Source: an uncultured bacterium
GTDB taxonomy: Bacteria > Verrucomicrobiota > Kiritimatiellia > RFP12 > UBA1067
NCBI GenBank assembly: GCA_902776615.1
Contig: CACYQU010000005.1
Coordinates: forward strand, 1,408-65,407
Reading direction: 5' to 3'
DNA: 64,000 bases
Part shown: one piece after another, positions 50,736 through 59,583 of the stretch
Layout of the letters: each line of letters opens with the position of its first letter
Numbering within the stretch: the first letter of the stretch is position 1
Translations under genes and position numbers: made by a program
Notes under the pieces: generated by a model
The model's input: the letters and a program-made list of their open reading frames with translations, nothing else
The model's database searches: none
What the model was told of the DNA's origin: nothing

Positions 50736-53096
50736 ATGAAATTGACTTCCAGACAACGCGAGGCCTTGCGCTTGGTGGCATGCGGAAGGTTTTATCCCGA
50801 CTTGGTCAAGGAGGAGGATGGATGGCACGCCAGGTGGCGAACGTTTAGCGGGTCCGACAACATCTGGATTGATGAATATGTGCGATCGTTCGTGATGACG
50901 CCGATTTCGGCCGACGCGGAGAATCGGCACCATGAGACTTTGCACGACGCCTGGATGATGGCCTTGAAGAGTCGTACCGGACTTGTAAAATGGGATGATG
51001 CGGAATGTGCCGAGTTTGCGGCAGACCTCGCCGAATGGCACGGGAGCGGCAAGGAGGATGCTGCAATCAGGAAGTCTCTGGTGTTTCGTTTTGCCGCCGA
51101 AAAGGATCGCTTCTCGGTGACATGCGATCTGCCGCATGGCCGTCGTGCACTGAAGGCGCTCGGACAGTCGGCTTATGTGTTCGGTCCGTTGAGAGGATTG
51201 AGATCCTGCAACCAGTCGCTTGTCGCAAGACTTTCGCACGCAGAGGCGGAATTGTTCGTAAAAAGCGGCGCTCGCGAGCTGAGCGAGGCGGGGTATGCTG
51301 TCGAAGGGGTTGACATGGCGGTGGGTATCACCGCAGTGGTGGAGATGTCGCCGAAATCTGGCGACGACGCCCCTTTGGAAGCCAAGATCGCAACGGCAAG
51401 GCTGCGTATACGTGTTGCCGGCGAAGAAGTGTCCGCCGAAGAGATACGCTTTCTGCTGGACCAAGGCTCGTCGCTGGTGTATTTCCGCGATCGTTGGATA
51501 GAGGTTGATCGCGGAATATTGAGAGAGGCCCTAAGGGCGCTGGAGAAATCCAGCGGCGCACAGATGACGCGCGCGGAAGTCATGTCTTTTGCGAGCGGCA
51601 TAGGGCGCATAGGGCGCATAGAAATCGACGAGTTGGCGACGCATGGCTGGCTGCGCGGACTGATAGAGCGGGTTCGCGCGTCGGGGCGCATTCCCATCGG
51701 GGACTGTCCGCATCCGCCAGGATTGAACGGGGTTCTGCGGGATTATCAGGCGCGAGGTGTAGCATGGATGCGCTTTCTCACAGATAATGGCTTTGGTGCG
51801 TTGCTTGCGGATGATATGGGTCTCGGCAAGACGATTCAGACGATTGCGTGGCTTCTGTTCCATGCCGATTCAGGCCGACCGGCTCTTGTTGTGGCCCCGC
51901 TTACGCTGCTGTCCAACTGGCGGCATGAACTGGCAATGTTTGCGCCGGGATTGAAGGTCTACATGCATCAGGGAGAATCGCGTCATCTTGCAAGCGGTTT
52001 TCTCAAGGTCGCGGCGGCCGCCGATGTGGTGGTGACGAGTTATTCGCTGCTTGTAAGGGACTATCGCGACATTGGCGAAGTGGATTGGCGCGCGCTCGTG
52101 CTAGACGAGGCGCAGGCCATAAAGAATCCCGATACGCAGGCCGCCCGCGCGGCAAGGGCTTTGGGCGTGCGTTGCCGCGTGGCGCTTACGGGCACGCCGG
52201 TCGAGAACTCCGCCGCAGACATCTGGAGCCTGGAGGAATTTCTCAACCCGGGTTTCCTTGGAGATGGAAAATCGTTTGCGGAGCGATTCCTGAAGCCGAT
52301 GGCATTTGACGAAAGCGGCGCTGCGGCGAAGAAGTTGAAACGCGCGCTTGAGCCGTTCATGCTGCGGCGGCTGAAGAGCGACGAGGGCGTTGCCAGAGAG
52401 CTTGGCCCGAAACGAGAGGTGCGCGAGTATTGTGCTTTGTCGCCCGAAGAGCGGCTGGAATACGAGACGGCCCTTGCGGATTTCCGCTCCAGCGAGCGGC
52501 GCCAGGGCGACATTCTCGCTCTCATAACGCGCCTCAAGCTCATTTGCGACGGAGAAGGAAAGTTTGCCAGGCTTGTGGAGATGCTTGATGAAATAACTGC
52601 GCGAGGCGAGAGCGCGCTTGTGTTTACGCAATATGCGAAGGTAGGCGCAAGGCTCAAGGTTGCGCTTGAAGAGCGGTTGCGGCGCAAAGTGCTGTTTTTG
52701 CATGGCGGAATGACTGCCAAGGAGCGCGATCGCGAGGTTGCGGAGTTTGTCCACGGCAAACGGCCTGATGTCTTTGTGCTTTCGCTGAGAGCCGGTGGAT
52801 TCGGACTGAATCTGGTAAAGGCGTCGCATGTCATACATTACGACCGTTGGTGGAATCCGGCCGTCGAGAACCAGGCGACGGATCGCGCACACCGAATCGG
52901 CCAGACCAAGACGGTGTTTGTGCATCTGCTAGTCGCCGAGGGAACGCTGGAGGAGCATGTCGACGATATACTGCGGTCCAAGAGCGCGCTTGCGGAATCG
53001 ATCGTCACAAATGGCGAGTCGTTCCTCGCCAAAATGTCGGCGAAAGAGCTGGAAGACGTCGTTGCCTTGAGCTGCACAGCCGACAATATGCCATAA
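50736..53096 (+). CDS. SNF2-family helicase with a bacterial SNF2-associated N-terminal domain
   Basis: It shows LRDYQARGVAWMRFL...LLADDMGLGKTIQ (motif I), LVLDEAQAIKN (motif II) and DRWWNPAVENQATDRAHRIGQ (motif VI). Confidence 0.9.
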   Translation: MKLTSRQREALRLVACGRFYPDLVKEEDGWHARWRTFSGSDNIWIDEYVRSFVMTPISADAENRHHETLHDAWMMALKSRTGLVKWDDAECAEFAADLAEWHGSGKEDAAIRKSLVFRFAAEKDRFSVTCDLPHGRRALKALGQSAYVFGPLRGLRSCNQSLVARLSHAEAELFVKSGARELSEAGYAVEGVDMAVGITAVVEMSPKSGDDAPLEAKIATARLRIRVAGEEVSAEEIRFLLDQGSSLVYFRDRWIEVDRGILREALRALEKSSGAQMTRAEVMSFASGIGRIGRIEIDELATHGWLRGLIERVRASGRIPIGDCPHPPGLNGVLRDYQARGVAWMRFLTDNGFGALLADDMGLGKTIQTIAWLLFHADSGRPALVVAPLTLLSNWRHELAMFAPGLKVYMHQGESRHLASGFLKVAAAADVVVTSYSLLVRDYRDIGEVDWRALVLDEAQAIKNPDTQAARAARALGVRCRVALTGTPVENSAADIWSLEEFLNPGFLGDGKSFAERFLKPMAFDESGAAAKKLKRALEPFMLRRLKSDEGVARELGPKREVREYCALSPEERLEYETALADFRSSERRQGDILALITRLKLICDGEGKFARLVEMLDEITARGESALVFTQYAKVGARLKVALEERLRRKVLFLHGGMTAKERDREVAEFVHGKRPDVFVLSLRAGGFGLNLVKASHVIHYDRWWNPAVENQATDRAHRIGQTKTVFVHLLVAEGTLEEHVDDILRSKSALAESIVTNGESFLAKMSAKELEDVVALSCTADNMP

Positions 53097-53113
53097 TTTG
53101 AGCGCGAGGCTGG

Positions 53114-54148
53114 TCAGTCGCTATAGCGCATCCAGAGGAGCTCGAAAATGTCGCTGAGGCGTATTGGCCACAGGCGCGAGGGAAGTTCCGACTCAAGCGG
53201 GGTCTGGATGAATTCCGGAAGCTCGGGCAGGAAGTCAAAGCCTGTCATTTCCTCCAGCTCGTCAATGGAAACTAGATAACGGGCGGCATATGCGCCATAA
53301 GGAACTTTCTGCGGTATTATCATCGCCAGCGCGCGGATGTCCAACCCTTCCTGCGCGACGATGAGCTGGTAGAACTGTGTGGGCACGTCTATTGAAGTGC
53401 CGCTTATGGTCTCATGGTTGTCGAGCGGAGAGACACACCCGACGATCACCCATATTTCGCCGTAGCGCGCCGTCCACAAGTCGGCGATACGGTGCTCGAT
53501 GTTGCGCCATACGCCACGGTTCAAGTTTGGCCTTTGCGGCGCGATGTTCGTCATGAGGAATGTGCGTTTCTGCATCGTGCTGCCGTAGCGTGTGGCAATT
53601 GCGTAGTTTGGCGCCATATGGCCGCGGTCGTAGCCGGAACGCTCGTACGCCGAAGGCGCAGGCGCCGAAGGCACCGAGTTGTCTCTGCTGAAGTTCGGGC
53701 GCTTGCCGGTTTGATGGCGTGGTTCTTTTGCGACATGATAAGCGCACCAGACCGGATGGCGCAGCTTGGGAGACCATCCTATGATGAATTCGCCGCGCTC
53801 AAGCACAACTATGTCGTTTGGAGCCGGCTGGCCGATGTGCCGCGGCGCGCCGGCAAAGAGCACCGAACCCGAAGGGGCCTCGGTATCGTATTCGTACACC
53901 GCGTCGTGCCCCGTCCAGCCCATGGCGTCGGTAATGTCGCCAATGGAGCTTCCTGCTGCCATGAGAGGAGCTGTCAGGAAACTCGGGTACTTGTTTTGCA
54001 TGCGATCCATCCAATCGCGCGGATGATGGACGAACCACACGGCTATGTAGGAGAATATCGCGAGCAGAATAACCAAAACCGTCCCGCATTTTAGCGCGAG
54101 ACTTCTGGATCTGCCACGACTTTTGCCGCCTTTGCGACGTCTGCTCAC
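53114..54148 (-). CDS. Membrane-anchored DNA/RNA non-specific endonuclease (NucA/EndoG family)
   Basis: The active-site motif SGYDRGHMAPN is present. There is an N-terminal basic stretch plus a TM segment (GTVLVILLAIFSYIAVWFV). Confidence 0.85.
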   Translation of the reverse strand: MSRRRKGGKSRGRSRSLALKCGTVLVILLAIFSYIAVWFVHHPRDWMDRMQNKYPSFLTAPLMAAGSSIGDITDAMGWTGHDAVYEYDTEAPSGSVLFAGAPRHIGQPAPNDIVVLERGEFIIGWSPKLRHPVWCAYHVAKEPRHQTGKRPNFSRDNSVPSAPAPSAYERSGYDRGHMAPNYAIATRYGSTMQKRTFLMTNIAPQRPNLNRGVWRNIEHRIADLWTARYGEIWVIVGCVSPLDNHETISGTSIDVPTQFYQLIVAQEGLDIRALAMIIPQKVPYGAYAARYLVSIDELEEMTGFDFLPELPEFIQTPLESELPSRLWPIRLSDIFELLWMRYSD

Positions 54149-54393
54149 AGACCGAGATCTCCAAGCTCGATGCGTATTGTGCGGCTTTTAAGCGCTTTTG
54201 GAGCCGCGTTCCCGAGGTCGCCCTCGGAATGCCGCACAACACCATCGTTCTCGTCGGTCTTGAGAGGGGCTGGAACCACCAGCCGGGCTCCGCAAGCAGG
54301 ACATTCGGTTTCCTCGCCGATCATGTCCTGCGTTGCTTCCAGCTCGGTCTGGCAGTTGCCGCAGAGGAAGCTTATGAAAGACTCCTCGCTCAT
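54145..54393 (-). CDS. Small zinc-ribbon protein (82 aa)
   Basis: It has CGNC...CPAC (a CxxC-N17-CxxC arrangement). Both its start and its stop overlap neighbouring genes by 4 nt. Confidence 0.6.
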   Translation of the reverse strand: MSEESFISFLCGNCQTELEATQDMIGEETECPACGARLVVPAPLKTDENDGVVRHSEGDLGNAAPKALKSRTIRIELGDLGL

Positions 54394-55169
54394 AGACCCA
54401 GTTTCGTCGCGCTACGCCACGCGTAGTAGTTGCGAAGCTTTAGCTTGGACGCGGCTTCCTCGTCGCAGAATATCCATGCGTCGTTGTGGGCCTGAAGCGC
54501 AGATGCCGTGCAGAATTGGCTCATTGGGCCTTCGACGCATCCCTTGATGGCATCGGCCTTGTTCTTGCCGAAAGCGAGCATAATGACCTTCTTGGCCTCG
54601 CATATTGTGCCGACGCCCATCGAAAGAGCGCGAGTGGGAACTTCCTTCTCCTTGCCCTTGAAGAACAGGCGCGCGTTGTCTTTGATGGTCGAGGGAGTGA
54701 GATACACGACACTGGTGCGGCTGGAAAGGGACGTTCCGGGCTCGTTGAATGCAATGTGCCCGTCGGATCCGATGCCCAGCACCTGAATGTCGATGCCGCC
54801 GGCCTTCTTGATCTGAGCCTCGTACGTTGCGCACTCCTTTGCGGGATCCTTCGCCATGCCGTTGAGCACGTGCGTGTTGGAGAGCTTGATGTCGATCTTC
54901 TCGAAGAGGTTCTTGTTCATGAAGTACCGGTAGCTCTGGTCGTGAGTGCCGGGGAGGCCGACGTACTCGTCCAGATTCCATGTCTTGACGGACTTGTACG
55001 ACACCTTCTTGGCTTTCACCGCCTTCGCCATCTCGGTATACATTGCCACCGGAGTGGAGCCCGTGGCGAGACCGAGAACGGTCTTGGGGTTCTTCTTTAC
55101 CGCAGCGGTAATCATGTCCGCGGCGAGTTTCGATGCCTCTTCTTTAGTCTTGCAGATTACGATTTCCAT
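54390..55169 (-). CDS. nagB: Glucosamine-6-phosphate deaminase
   Basis: It shows ...VLGLATGSTP...NLDEYVGL...LGIGSDGHIAFNEPG... Confidence 0.9.
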   Translation of the reverse strand: MEIVICKTKEEASKLAADMITAAVKKNPKTVLGLATGSTPVAMYTEMAKAVKAKKVSYKSVKTWNLDEYVGLPGTHDQSYRYFMNKNLFEKIDIKLSNTHVLNGMAKDPAKECATYEAQIKKAGGIDIQVLGIGSDGHIAFNEPGTSLSSRTSVVYLTPSTIKDNARLFFKGKEKEVPTRALSMGVGTICEAKKVIMLAFGKNKADAIKGCVEGPMSQFCTASALQAHNDAWIFCDEEAASKLKLRNYYAWRSATKLGL

Positions 55170-55213
55170 GTTTGATTAGTCCTTTTAGGTTTGGGTACAT
55201 TATACACTACATT

Positions 55214-55975
55214 TCAGTCAATGTAAAGTGGGGGTATTTCCTGCGGTGTGCGCGGGGCTGCGGCAGGCGTTTCGGCGGGTTCTCCATTGGTGCGCGATTG
55301 AGCCTGGGGCGGCGTTTCCGCCTCGACTGCCACATGCGGCTCGGCGGTGGGAGCTGTCATGGTCGCCCGATAGAGAATGCGTCCGAGCGCGGCCAGCGCC
55401 CATATCGCACCCGCCGCGACGATCACTACGATGCCTATGCGCAGAATTCGGGGATCCAGTTCCGGCAGGCGCCTCGGCGGTTCAGGGAATCTGTCGGCCG
55501 GAGAAGCCGTCGTCTGCCTTGGCGGCGCATACACGCTCCTAGGCCGCAAAGGCTGTGTCTCCAGAGAAGGCATCGGCTTTGGCGGTTGTGGCTGAAGCTC
55601 GGGCGGCTGCCGAGCCGCAACCGGCGGCGGCGGATCGGCGGGTTTCGGCGGCGGCGTAGCTTGCGGCTCGGCCACCGCCTGCTTTGGAGGCGCTTGTATT
55701 GCTCTCGCTTGGGGCTTCGCCGGCGCGGCGCTTGCCCGCTTGCCGGATTGCAATTCCATATATGCCGCTATGAACGGCTTCGGATCCAGGCCTACCGCTT
55801 CGCAGTAGAGCTTCACAAAACCGCGACCGTATATAGGCGCGGGGATGCGTGTGAAGCGCTCGATTTCCATCTCCTCCACAATCTGGTGCATGATGTGGGT
55901 CTTCTCGGCGAGCTGGCCAACGGTGTAGCCATTGGCCTCGCGCGCTTCACGCAGGGTTTTTCCGAACTCTATCAT
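55214..55975 (-). CDS. RodZ-like protein: an HTH (XRE-type) domain, a Pro-rich linker and a TM segment
   Basis: It shows MIEFGKTLREAREANGYTVGQLAEKTHI...YGRGFVKLYCEAVGLDP. A Pro/Ala-rich linker and a TM segment (ILRIGIVVIVAAGAIWALAAL) follow. Confidence 0.6.
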   Translation of the reverse strand: MIEFGKTLREAREANGYTVGQLAEKTHIMHQIVEEMEIERFTRIPAPIYGRGFVKLYCEAVGLDPKPFIAAYMELQSGKRASAAPAKPQARAIQAPPKQAVAEPQATPPPKPADPPPPVAARQPPELQPQPPKPMPSLETQPLRPRSVYAPPRQTTASPADRFPEPPRRLPELDPRILRIGIVVIVAAGAIWALAALGRILYRATMTAPTAEPHVAVEAETPPQAQSRTNGEPAETPAAAPRTPQEIPPLYID

Positions 55976-58551
55976 TGTGCTTCCTCTGTGGAGAAGAGGT
56001 CGCCCTCTTCTGTCGTTGACATGGAATTGTCTTCGTCGGGAACTGCCGACGCCGCTGTTTCGGCCGAGGCTTCCGCGCTTTGCGCGTCGCCGCCGTTGAA
56101 TATCGCAAGAAGCCGATCCTGATCCATGAGAATCTCGCGCGGCCCGGCGCCGCGCTGCGGACCGATCACACCCGCGTCCTCAAGCTTGTCGCACAACTTC
56201 GCAGCGTGGTTGTAGCCAATGCCAAGCCTCCGCTGGAAGTGGGATGTCGACGCACGCTTAGTGTTGATGATGCACTCCAGCGCGCGCTTGTACAGATCGG
56301 CGTCCTCGGCGGCCTTCACCATCTCGCGCGAACTCGGCGCATCATCTTCGCCGCCCTGCTGGTTGTCGGGATCGTCGGCGTTGTCGGCGAAGGGATCCTC
56401 TATGCCCGCCTCTTTGACCTTTCCGAGCTTCGTCGCGAACTTTTCGTCGAACTGCACGTCGGCGTGCTGCTCGATGAATTCCGTTATGCGGGCGATCTCC
56501 GAATCGCTTATCCATGCGCCTTGCGCACGGATGAGGAGGCCGTCCTTGGTCTTGAAGAGCATGTCGCCGCGACCGATGAGGTTTTCCGCACCGGTGTCGT
56601 CGAGAATCGTGCGCGAGTCGATGGATGTCGCCGTCTTGAAAGCGACGCGTCCCGGTATGTTGGCCTTGATCGTTCCGGTGATCACCTTCGCGTCGGGGCG
56701 CTGCGTCGCAAGTATGAGGTGTATGCCTGCCGCGCGCGCCTTTGCGGTGAGGCGCGAGATGTCGGGTACGACTTCCTTGGCCGCAGTCGCCATGAGATCT
56801 GCGACTTCGTCGATTATGATCACGATGTACGGCACGGTGCGGGGCATGTCGGCGTTGACCTGCTCGTCGTTGCCGAACATGTCCTGCTGGGTGAAGGTCT
56901 TGCGATGGTTGAAGTCGAAGATGTTCCTCACCTTCGCGCGCGCGAAAAGCTTCAGACGCTTCTCCATTTCGGCGACTGCCCAGTGCAGTGCGAAGACGAC
57001 TTTGCGGTTGTCTGTTATGACCGGCACCAGCAGATGCGGAATGGCTGAATACGATGTGAACTCCACCGACTTCGGATCCACCATTATCAGTTTCAGCTGC
57101 TCCGGCGTGCGCGTCATCAGAAGACCGTTGATGAGCGAGTTCAGGCAGACCGACTTGCCCTGCCCTGTCGCGCCGGCCACAAGCATGTGCGGCATGGAGG
57201 CGAGGTCGGCGACGAGTTCCTTTCCGGCCGCGTCCTTCCCGAAGAGAAGAGGCAGCTCGGCCTTGGTGTTGCGCCATGCGCTCGACTCGAATATCTCGCG
57301 GAAGCTTATTCCGGCCGCCTTGCGGTTCGGCACTTCGATGCCGACGAGATCCTCGCCGGGGATCGGCGCCTCGATGCGCAGAGACTTCGCGTGCAACGCG
57401 CCCATCAGGTTGTCCGAAAGGCTCTTCACCGCGCTGTACCGCGTACCGGGCGCAAGCGCTACCTTGTACTTCGTCACTACCGGACCCTGAACCGTGTCGC
57501 TGAGCGAGGCGTCGATGCCGAATATCTTCAGCGTGTTCACGAGCCGCTCGCTCATCTCTCCGACATCGCCGTGATCCGCCGTGGAAGCGGGCACCGGGTT
57601 CAGCAAGTCTATCGGCGGAAGCACATACGGACCTTTGTCCGGCGGCGGCGGGTTGGCCTCCGCCGCGCTTGCAGCGGCGGCCGGGGCGGCCGCTCTTCTC
57701 GACGGCGCCCTTCCGGGCGGCGGCGGAATGTCGCGCGCGCCGTCTTCGGCGGACGAAAAGAAGCCGCCCTCTTTTTCGCGTTTCGCCTGTTCCTTGGCGG
57801 CGCGGCGCTCCTCTTTGGCCCTGGCCTTCTCCTCCCGGGCCGCGCGCTTCTCTTCTTCGCGCTGGCGTTTGGCCTCCTCGCGCGCCAGCAGCGCCGCCTT
57901 GTATCGTGCCTGCTCGGCCTCGTATTCGGGCGTGCCTTCCCCGGCGGACGGCGCAGAAGCACGGCTCGCGCCGCCGGCGATCCATTTCAGCACCGCCATC
58001 GCGCCGCGCGCCAGATTGCCGAGCCCGACGGCGCTCACGATGGACGCCGCAAGCGTCAACCCCGTCAGCACGCACGAACCGAAGTTTCCGATCAGCGGCA
58101 CGAGGAACCGCTTCATCACAAGGTAGCCGACAATGCCGCCGGCGTCGGAGATGTTTGACGCTGCAAGCGCGGCGTCCAGCCCGGGCGCATGGCCTTGGGC
58201 GGCCTCCAAAAGGCATGCGAGGCTCGCGCACGAAAGCACCAGCCACAGTTTGCGCATCCCGGAATTGAGTCTGTGCCCGGTCAGGCGGAAGACGCCTGCC
58301 GCCAGACAGAAGACTGGAACCGTCCATATCGCAAGCCCGACGAGCGTGTAGCCCCAGTATGCGAAGCCGTCGCCGAGGGCGCCGATCCAGTTTGTGCTCG
58401 GGCTCGGTGGAGTTTGCAGGGCGGCAACGGCGCGCCAGTCGTATGTAAGCAGGGAGACCAGCGGGAATATCGCCAGAATCGGAAACAGGAACCAGCCTAT
58501 GGCATGACGCTCTTGCCTTCTGTTATCGGTAGTAGTATTGCTGTCTGTCAT
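55972..58551 (-). CDS. ftsK: DNA translocase FtsK
   Basis: It has N-terminal TM helices and a charged linker. The motor shows ...PHMLVAGATGQGKSV..., ...IIIDEVADLM... and the C-terminal gamma domain ...TSHFQRRLGIGYNHAAKL. Confidence 0.95.
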   Translation of the reverse strand: MTDSNTTTDNRRQERHAIGWFLFPILAIFPLVSLLTYDWRAVAALQTPPSPSTNWIGALGDGFAYWGYTLVGLAIWTVPVFCLAAGVFRLTGHRLNSGMRKLWLVLSCASLACLLEAAQGHAPGLDAALAASNISDAGGIVGYLVMKRFLVPLIGNFGSCVLTGLTLAASIVSAVGLGNLARGAMAVLKWIAGGASRASAPSAGEGTPEYEAEQARYKAALLAREEAKRQREEEKRAAREEKARAKEERRAAKEQAKREKEGGFFSSAEDGARDIPPPPGRAPSRRAAAPAAAASAAEANPPPPDKGPYVLPPIDLLNPVPASTADHGDVGEMSERLVNTLKIFGIDASLSDTVQGPVVTKYKVALAPGTRYSAVKSLSDNLMGALHAKSLRIEAPIPGEDLVGIEVPNRKAAGISFREIFESSAWRNTKAELPLLFGKDAAGKELVADLASMPHMLVAGATGQGKSVCLNSLINGLLMTRTPEQLKLIMVDPKSVEFTSYSAIPHLLVPVITDNRKVVFALHWAVAEMEKRLKLFARAKVRNIFDFNHRKTFTQQDMFGNDEQVNADMPRTVPYIVIIIDEVADLMATAAKEVVPDISRLTAKARAAGIHLILATQRPDAKVITGTIKANIPGRVAFKTATSIDSRTILDDTGAENLIGRGDMLFKTKDGLLIRAQGAWISDSEIARITEFIEQHADVQFDEKFATKLGKVKEAGIEDPFADNADDPDNQQGGEDDAPSSREMVKAAEDADLYKRALECIINTKRASTSHFQRRLGIGYNHAAKLCDKLEDAGVIGPQRGAGPREILMDQDRLLAIFNGGDAQSAEASAETAASAVPDEDNSMSTTEEGDLFSTEEAQ

Positions 58552-58702
58552 TTTCTGAATGCTGACGCGAGTCTTCTGATTTCATCGTGTGGTATATGAT
58601 GAGGGCGAGCAGCAGCGCCAAAAGCTTCAGCCCCCAATTGTCCGTCAGTAGCTTCAGCGCGGAACGGAAAAACTCCACTACGGGGTGTGTGCCGATTTTC
58701 AT
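58523..58702 (-). CDS. 59-aa single-TM protein resembling only the N-terminal membrane anchor of CdaR/YbbR
   Basis: An ATGA overlap links it to the cdaA stop. It reads MKIGTHPVVEFFRSALKLLTDNWGLKLLALLLALIIYH.... Its 3' end overlaps the ftsK start by 29 nt. Confidence 0.45.
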   Translation of the reverse strand: MKIGTHPVVEFFRSALKLLTDNWGLKLLALLLALIIYHTMKSEDSRQHSENDRQQYYYR

Positions 58703-59583
58703 GCCGCCGCCTCCGTTTTGGCTTTTGCGGCCTTGGCCTTTGCCGCTTTCGCGGCCTTCTTTTCGCGGCGCTTTTTTGTCCAGTCGTACAGCCTCGCGGC
58801 GAAACTGCCGCCGCCGTCGCCCGGCCGCATGGCCTTGTTGACCCATCGCATGAGAGAAGCCTCGCGCATGTCGCCCCAATACCTGAACAGTCGCCCGTTG
58901 TGCGCCACGGAGACCGCCCCCGACTCCTCCGAAACGACGACCACAAGCGCGTCGGTCTCCTCCGAAAGCCCCACGGCCGCGCGATGGCGCATGCCGCTCG
59001 AGAGAAGGTCGGGGTTGTTGGATACCGGGAAAATGCAGTGCGCCGACGATATGCGCCCGTTGCGCATGGTCATGCCGCCATCGTGCAGCGGCAGCGGCGG
59101 GGTGAATACGCTCTGCACGAGTTCGCGCGTGAACAGCGCGTCGAGCCTTACGCCGGTCTCTTCGTAGCCTCTCAGGGAAATGCCGCGCTCGAACGCTATG
59201 AGCGCGCCCATCTTGAGGTCGGCCAACTTCATCACGGTTTCCACCACGTGCTTCGGCTCGACCGCGCCGTCGGCCGTGTACTTTGGCCGTTCGAACGTGC
59301 CGAACGCGCCGACGGCCGCAAGGATGCGCCGTATCTCCGGCTGGAATATGACGACCGTCGACAGGGCGAGGTACATCAGCACCCACCGCACGATCTGCGA
59401 AAGAACGTCGAAGTGGAACACGAACGTGAAAAGCGCCGCCAGCGCCGCCAGCACGCCGACCCCCATCAGAGCCTGCCCGAAGCGCGAGCCTTTGGCGCTT
59501 TTGAGTATCGCGTAGATGGCGAAGTAGAGAATCGCCACCTGTGCGACGTCGTTCAGGTTTATGGCCGGCAGGTCGAAGTTCAT
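58699..59583 (-). CDS. cdaA: Diadenylate cyclase CdaA (three TM helices plus a DAC domain) with a Lys/Ala-rich tail
   Basis: It shows ...GALIAFERG...LHDGGMTMR...GMRHRAAVGLSEETDALVVVVSEESG.VS.... The C-terminus is KKRREKKAAKAAKAKAAKAKTEAAA. Confidence 0.9.
   Translation of the reverse strand: MNFDLPAINLNDVAQVAILYFAIYAILKSAKGSRFGQALMGVGVLAALAALFTFVFHFDVLSQIVRWVLMYLALSTVVIFQPEIRRILAAVGAFGTFERPKYTADGAVEPKHVVETVMKLADLKMGALIAFERGISLRGYEETGVRLDALFTRELVQSVFTPPLPLHDGGMTMRNGRISSAHCIFPVSNNPDLLSSGMRHRAAVGLSEETDALVVVVSEESGAVSVAHNGRLFRYWGDMREASLMRWVNKAMRPGDGGGSFAARLYDWTKKRREKKAAKAAKAKAAKAKTEAAA

Noticed and set aside
51599-51621. A 9-bp tandem CATAGGGCG x2.5 in the SNF2 gene (GIGRIGRIE).
   Set aside because: It is short, in-frame, and has no further structure, so it is probably simple slippage.
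51699-51710. A 12/13 match to the GGGGACTGTCCCC palindrome in the SNF2 gene.
   Set aside because: It is a single imperfect copy that breaks the palindrome and cannot be distinguished from chance without a genome-wide count.
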